Below are positions 60,201 through 64,000 of a stretch of DNA of 64,000 nt, piece by piece. The first letter of the stretch is position 1. Each line of letters opens with the position of its first letter. Origin of the DNA: Eledone cirrhosa (taxonomy: Eukaryota); contig OZ024744.1 in the NCBI GenBank assembly GCA_964016885.1, positions 118,172,001 to 118,236,000 on the forward strand, written 5' to 3'. Both the position numbers and the translations under genes were made by a program. The notes under the pieces were generated by a model. That model did not search any database. It had not been told where the DNA came from and was given only the letters and a program-made list of their open reading frames with translations.

Positions 60201-63200
60201 TAGATGTTATATGTGACAGGTACACAGGAGATATAATATCATGTCAGGGAAGGTAGATGTCATATGTGACAGGTACACAGGAGATATATGTCAGGGTAGG
60301 TAGATGACATATGTGACAGGTACACAGGAGATATGATATCTTGTCAGGGAAGGTAGATGTCATATGTGACAGGTACACAGGAGATTTGATAACATGTCAG
60401 GGAAGGTAGATGTCATATGTGACAGGTACACAGGAGATATATCATGACAGGAAAGGTAGATGTCATATGTGACAGGTACACAGGAGATATGATATCATGT
60501 CAGGGTAGGTAGATGTCATATGTGACAGGTACACAGGAGATATGATATGTCAGAGAAGGTAGATGTCATATGTGACAGGTACACATGATATATAATATCA
60601 TGTCAGGGAAGGTTGATGTCATATGTGACAGGTACACAGGAGATATATCATGTCAGGGTAGGTAGATGTCATATGTGACAGGTACACAGGAAATACGAGA
60701 TCATGTCAGGGAAGGTAGATGTCATATGTGACAGGTACACAGGAGATATAATATCATGTCAGGGAAGGTAGATGTCATATGTGACAGGTACACAGGAGTT
60801 ATATGTCAGGGAAGGTAGATGTCATATGTGACAGGTACACAGGAGATATATCATGTCAGGATAGGTAGATGTCATATGTGACAGGTACACAGCAGATATG
60901 ATATCATGTCAGGGAAGGCAGATGTCATATATGACAGGTACACAGGAGATATGATATCATGTCAGGGAAGGTAGATGTCATATGTGACAGGTACACAGGA
61001 GATACGAGATCATGTCAGGGAAGGTAGATGTCATATGTGACAGGTACACAGAAGATATGATATCATGTCAGGGAAGGTAGATGTCATATGTGACAGGTAC
61101 ACAGGAGATATGATATCATGTCAGGGAAGGTAGATGTCATATGTGACAGGTACACAGGAGATATATCATGACAGGAAAGGTAGATGTCATATGTGACAGG
61201 TACACAGGAGATATGATATCATGTCAGGGAAGGTAGATGTCATATGTGACAGGTACACAGGAGATTTGATAACATGTCAGGGAAGGTAGATGTCATATGT
61301 GACAGGTACACAGGAGATATATCATGACAGGAAAGGTAGATGTCATATGTGACAGGTACACAGGAGATATGATATCATGTCAGGGTAGGTAGATGTCATA
61401 TGTGACAGGTACACAGGAGATATGATATGTCAGGGAAGGTAGATGTCATATGTGACAGGTAAACAGGAGATATGATATCATGTCAGGGAAGGTAGATGTC
61501 ATATGTGACAGGTACACAGGATATATAATATCATGTCAGGGAAGGTAGATGTCATATGTGACAGGTACACAGGAGATATATCATGTCAGGGTAGGTAGAT
61601 GTCATATGTGACAGGTACACGGGAGATATAATATCATGTCAGGGAAGGTAGATGTCATATGTGACAGGTATACAGGAGATATGATATCATGTCAGGGAAG
61701 GTAGATGTCATATGTGACAGGTACACAGGAGATATATCATGTCAGGGAAGGTAGATGTCATATGTGACAGGTACACAGGAGATATGATATCATGTCACGG
61801 AAGGTAGATGTCATATGTGACAGGTACACAGGAGATCTGATATCGTGTCAGGGAAGGTAGATGTCATATGTGACAGGTACACAGGAGATATGATATCGTG
61901 TTAGGGAAGGTAGATGTCATATGTGACAGGTACACAGGAGATATAATGAGATCATGTCAGGGAAGGTAGATGTCATATGTGACAGGTATACAGGAGATAT
62001 GATATCATGTCAGGGAAGGTAGATGTCATATGTGACAGGTACACAGGAAATACATCATGTCAGGGAAGGTAGATGTTATATGTGACAGGTACACAGGAGA
62101 TATAATATCATGTCAGGGAAGGTAGATGTCATATGTGACAGGTACACAGGAGATATAATATGTCAGGGTAGGTAGATGACATATGTGACAGGTACACAGG
62201 AGATATGATATCTTGTCAGGGAAGGTAGATGTCATATGTGACAGGTACACAGGAGATTTGATAACATGTCAGGGAAGGTAGATGTCATATGTGACAGGTA
62301 CACAGGAGATATATCATGACAGGAAAGGTAGATGTCATATGTGACAGGTACACAGGAGATATGATATCATGTCAGGGTAGGTAGATGTCATATGTGACAG
62401 GTACACAGGAGATATGATATGTCAGAGAAGGTAGATGTCATATGTGACAGGTACACATGATATATAATATCATGTCAGGGAAGGTTGATGTCATATGTGA
62501 CAGGTACACAGGAGATATATCATGTCAGGGTAGGTAGATGTCATATGTGACAGGTACACAGGAGATACGAGATCATGTCAGGGAAGGTAGATGTCATATG
62601 TGACAGGTACACAGGAGATATAATATCATGTCAGGGAAGGTAGATGTCATATGTGACAGGTACACAGGAGTTATATGTCAGGGAAGGTAGATGTCATATG
62701 TGACAGGTACACAGGAGATATGACATCATGTCAGGATAGGTAGATGTCATATGTGACAGGTACACAGCAGATATGATATCATGTCAGGGAAGGCAGATGT
62801 CATATATGACAGGTACACAGGAGATATGATATCATGTCAGGGAAGGTAGATGTCATATGTGACAGGTACACAGGAGATACGAGATCATGTCAGGGAAGGT
62901 AGATGTCATATGTGACAGGTACACAGAAGATATGATATCATGTCAGGGAAGGTAGATGTCATATGTGACAGGTACACAGGAGATATGATATCATGTCAGG
63001 GAAGGTAGATGTCATATGTGACAGGTACACAGGAGATATGATATCATGTCAGGGAAGGTAGATGTCATATGTGACAGGTACACAGGAGATACGAGATCAT
63101 GTCAGGGAAGGTAGATGTCATATGTGACAGGTACACAGGCGATTTGATAACATGTCAGGGAAGGTAGATGTCATATGTGACAGGTACACGGGAGATATAT

Positions 63201-64000
63201 CATGTCAGGGAAAGTAAATATTATATGTGACAGTTACACAGGAGATATGATATCATGCCAAGGAAGGTAGATGTCATATGTGACAGGTACACAGGAGATA
63301 CGAGATCATGTCAGGGAAGGTAGATGTCATATGTGACAGGTACACAGGAGATATATCATGTCAGGGAAGGTAAATATTATATGTGACAGTTACACAGGAG
63401 ATATGATATCATGCCAAGGAAGGTAGATGTCATATGTGACAGGTACACAGGAGATATGAGATCATATCAGGGAAGGTAGATGTCATATGTGACAGGTACA
63501 CAGGAGATATATCATATCAGGGAAGGTAGATGTTATATGTGACAGGTACACAGGAGATATGAGATCATGTCAGGGTAGGTAGATGTCATATGTGACAGGT
63601 ACACAGGAGATATAATATTATGTCAGGGTAGGTTGATGTCATATATGACAGGTACACAGGAGATATATCATGTCAGGGAAGGTAGATGTCATATGTGACA
63701 GGTACACAGGAGATACGATATCATGTCAGGGTAGGTAGATGTCATATGTGACAGGTACACAGGAAATATATCATGTCAGGGAAGGTAGATGTCATATATG
63801 ACAGGTACACAGGAGATATGAGATCATGTCAGGGAAGGTAGATGTCATATGTGACAGGTTCACAGGAGATATATCTTTGTCAGGGAAGGTAGATGTCATA
63901 TGTGACAGGTACACAGGAGATATGACATCTACCTTCCCTGACATGATATCATATCTCCTGTGTACCTGTCACATATGACATCTACCTTCCCTGACAAGAT
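57200..64000. repeat. Tandem satellite C, ~53-bp unit (48-56-bp variants), roughly 130 copies; orientation flips at ~63920; runs off the right edge
   Basis: Consensus GTCAGGGAAGGTAGATGTCATATGTGACAGGTACACAGGAGATATGATATCAT. Higher-order period 1869 bp (rare variants at 59591/61460 and 59751/61620). Confidence 0.99.

Overview
Eukaryotic, AT-rich, repeat-dominated animal DNA. The SINE and LINE relics resemble those I recall from octopus/cephalopod genomes; this is an inference, not a database result. The only clear host coding sequence is one 711-bp minus-strand exon (22541-23251) of a Smaug/SAMD4 homolog, which carries a perfect in-frame 60-bp duplication; everything else is probably intronic. 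About half the window is three large tandem satellites: 69/73-bp (1-20640), 47-bp (23902-29814) and ~53-bp (57200-64000, inverting at ~63920). Between them is a chain of mobile elements mostly joined at (TA)n microsatellites: three Penelope-like retroelements (RT + GIY-YIG), two decayed Helitrons, a 957-bp foldback element containing a tiny hAT-like MITE, and SINE and RTE-LINE relics. All three Penelope-like elements carry a recognisable hammerhead ribozyme motif (one degenerate). Most notable: the ~53-bp satellite appears to have been amplified directly from the decayed RTE LINE next to it; the hammerheads include a paired palindromic and non-palindromic allele in the two arms of one element; and a hairpin satellite with a CUGG loop sits beside the Smaug exon. 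The many minus-strand His/Thr-rich ORFs in 1-20 kb are repeat artefacts.
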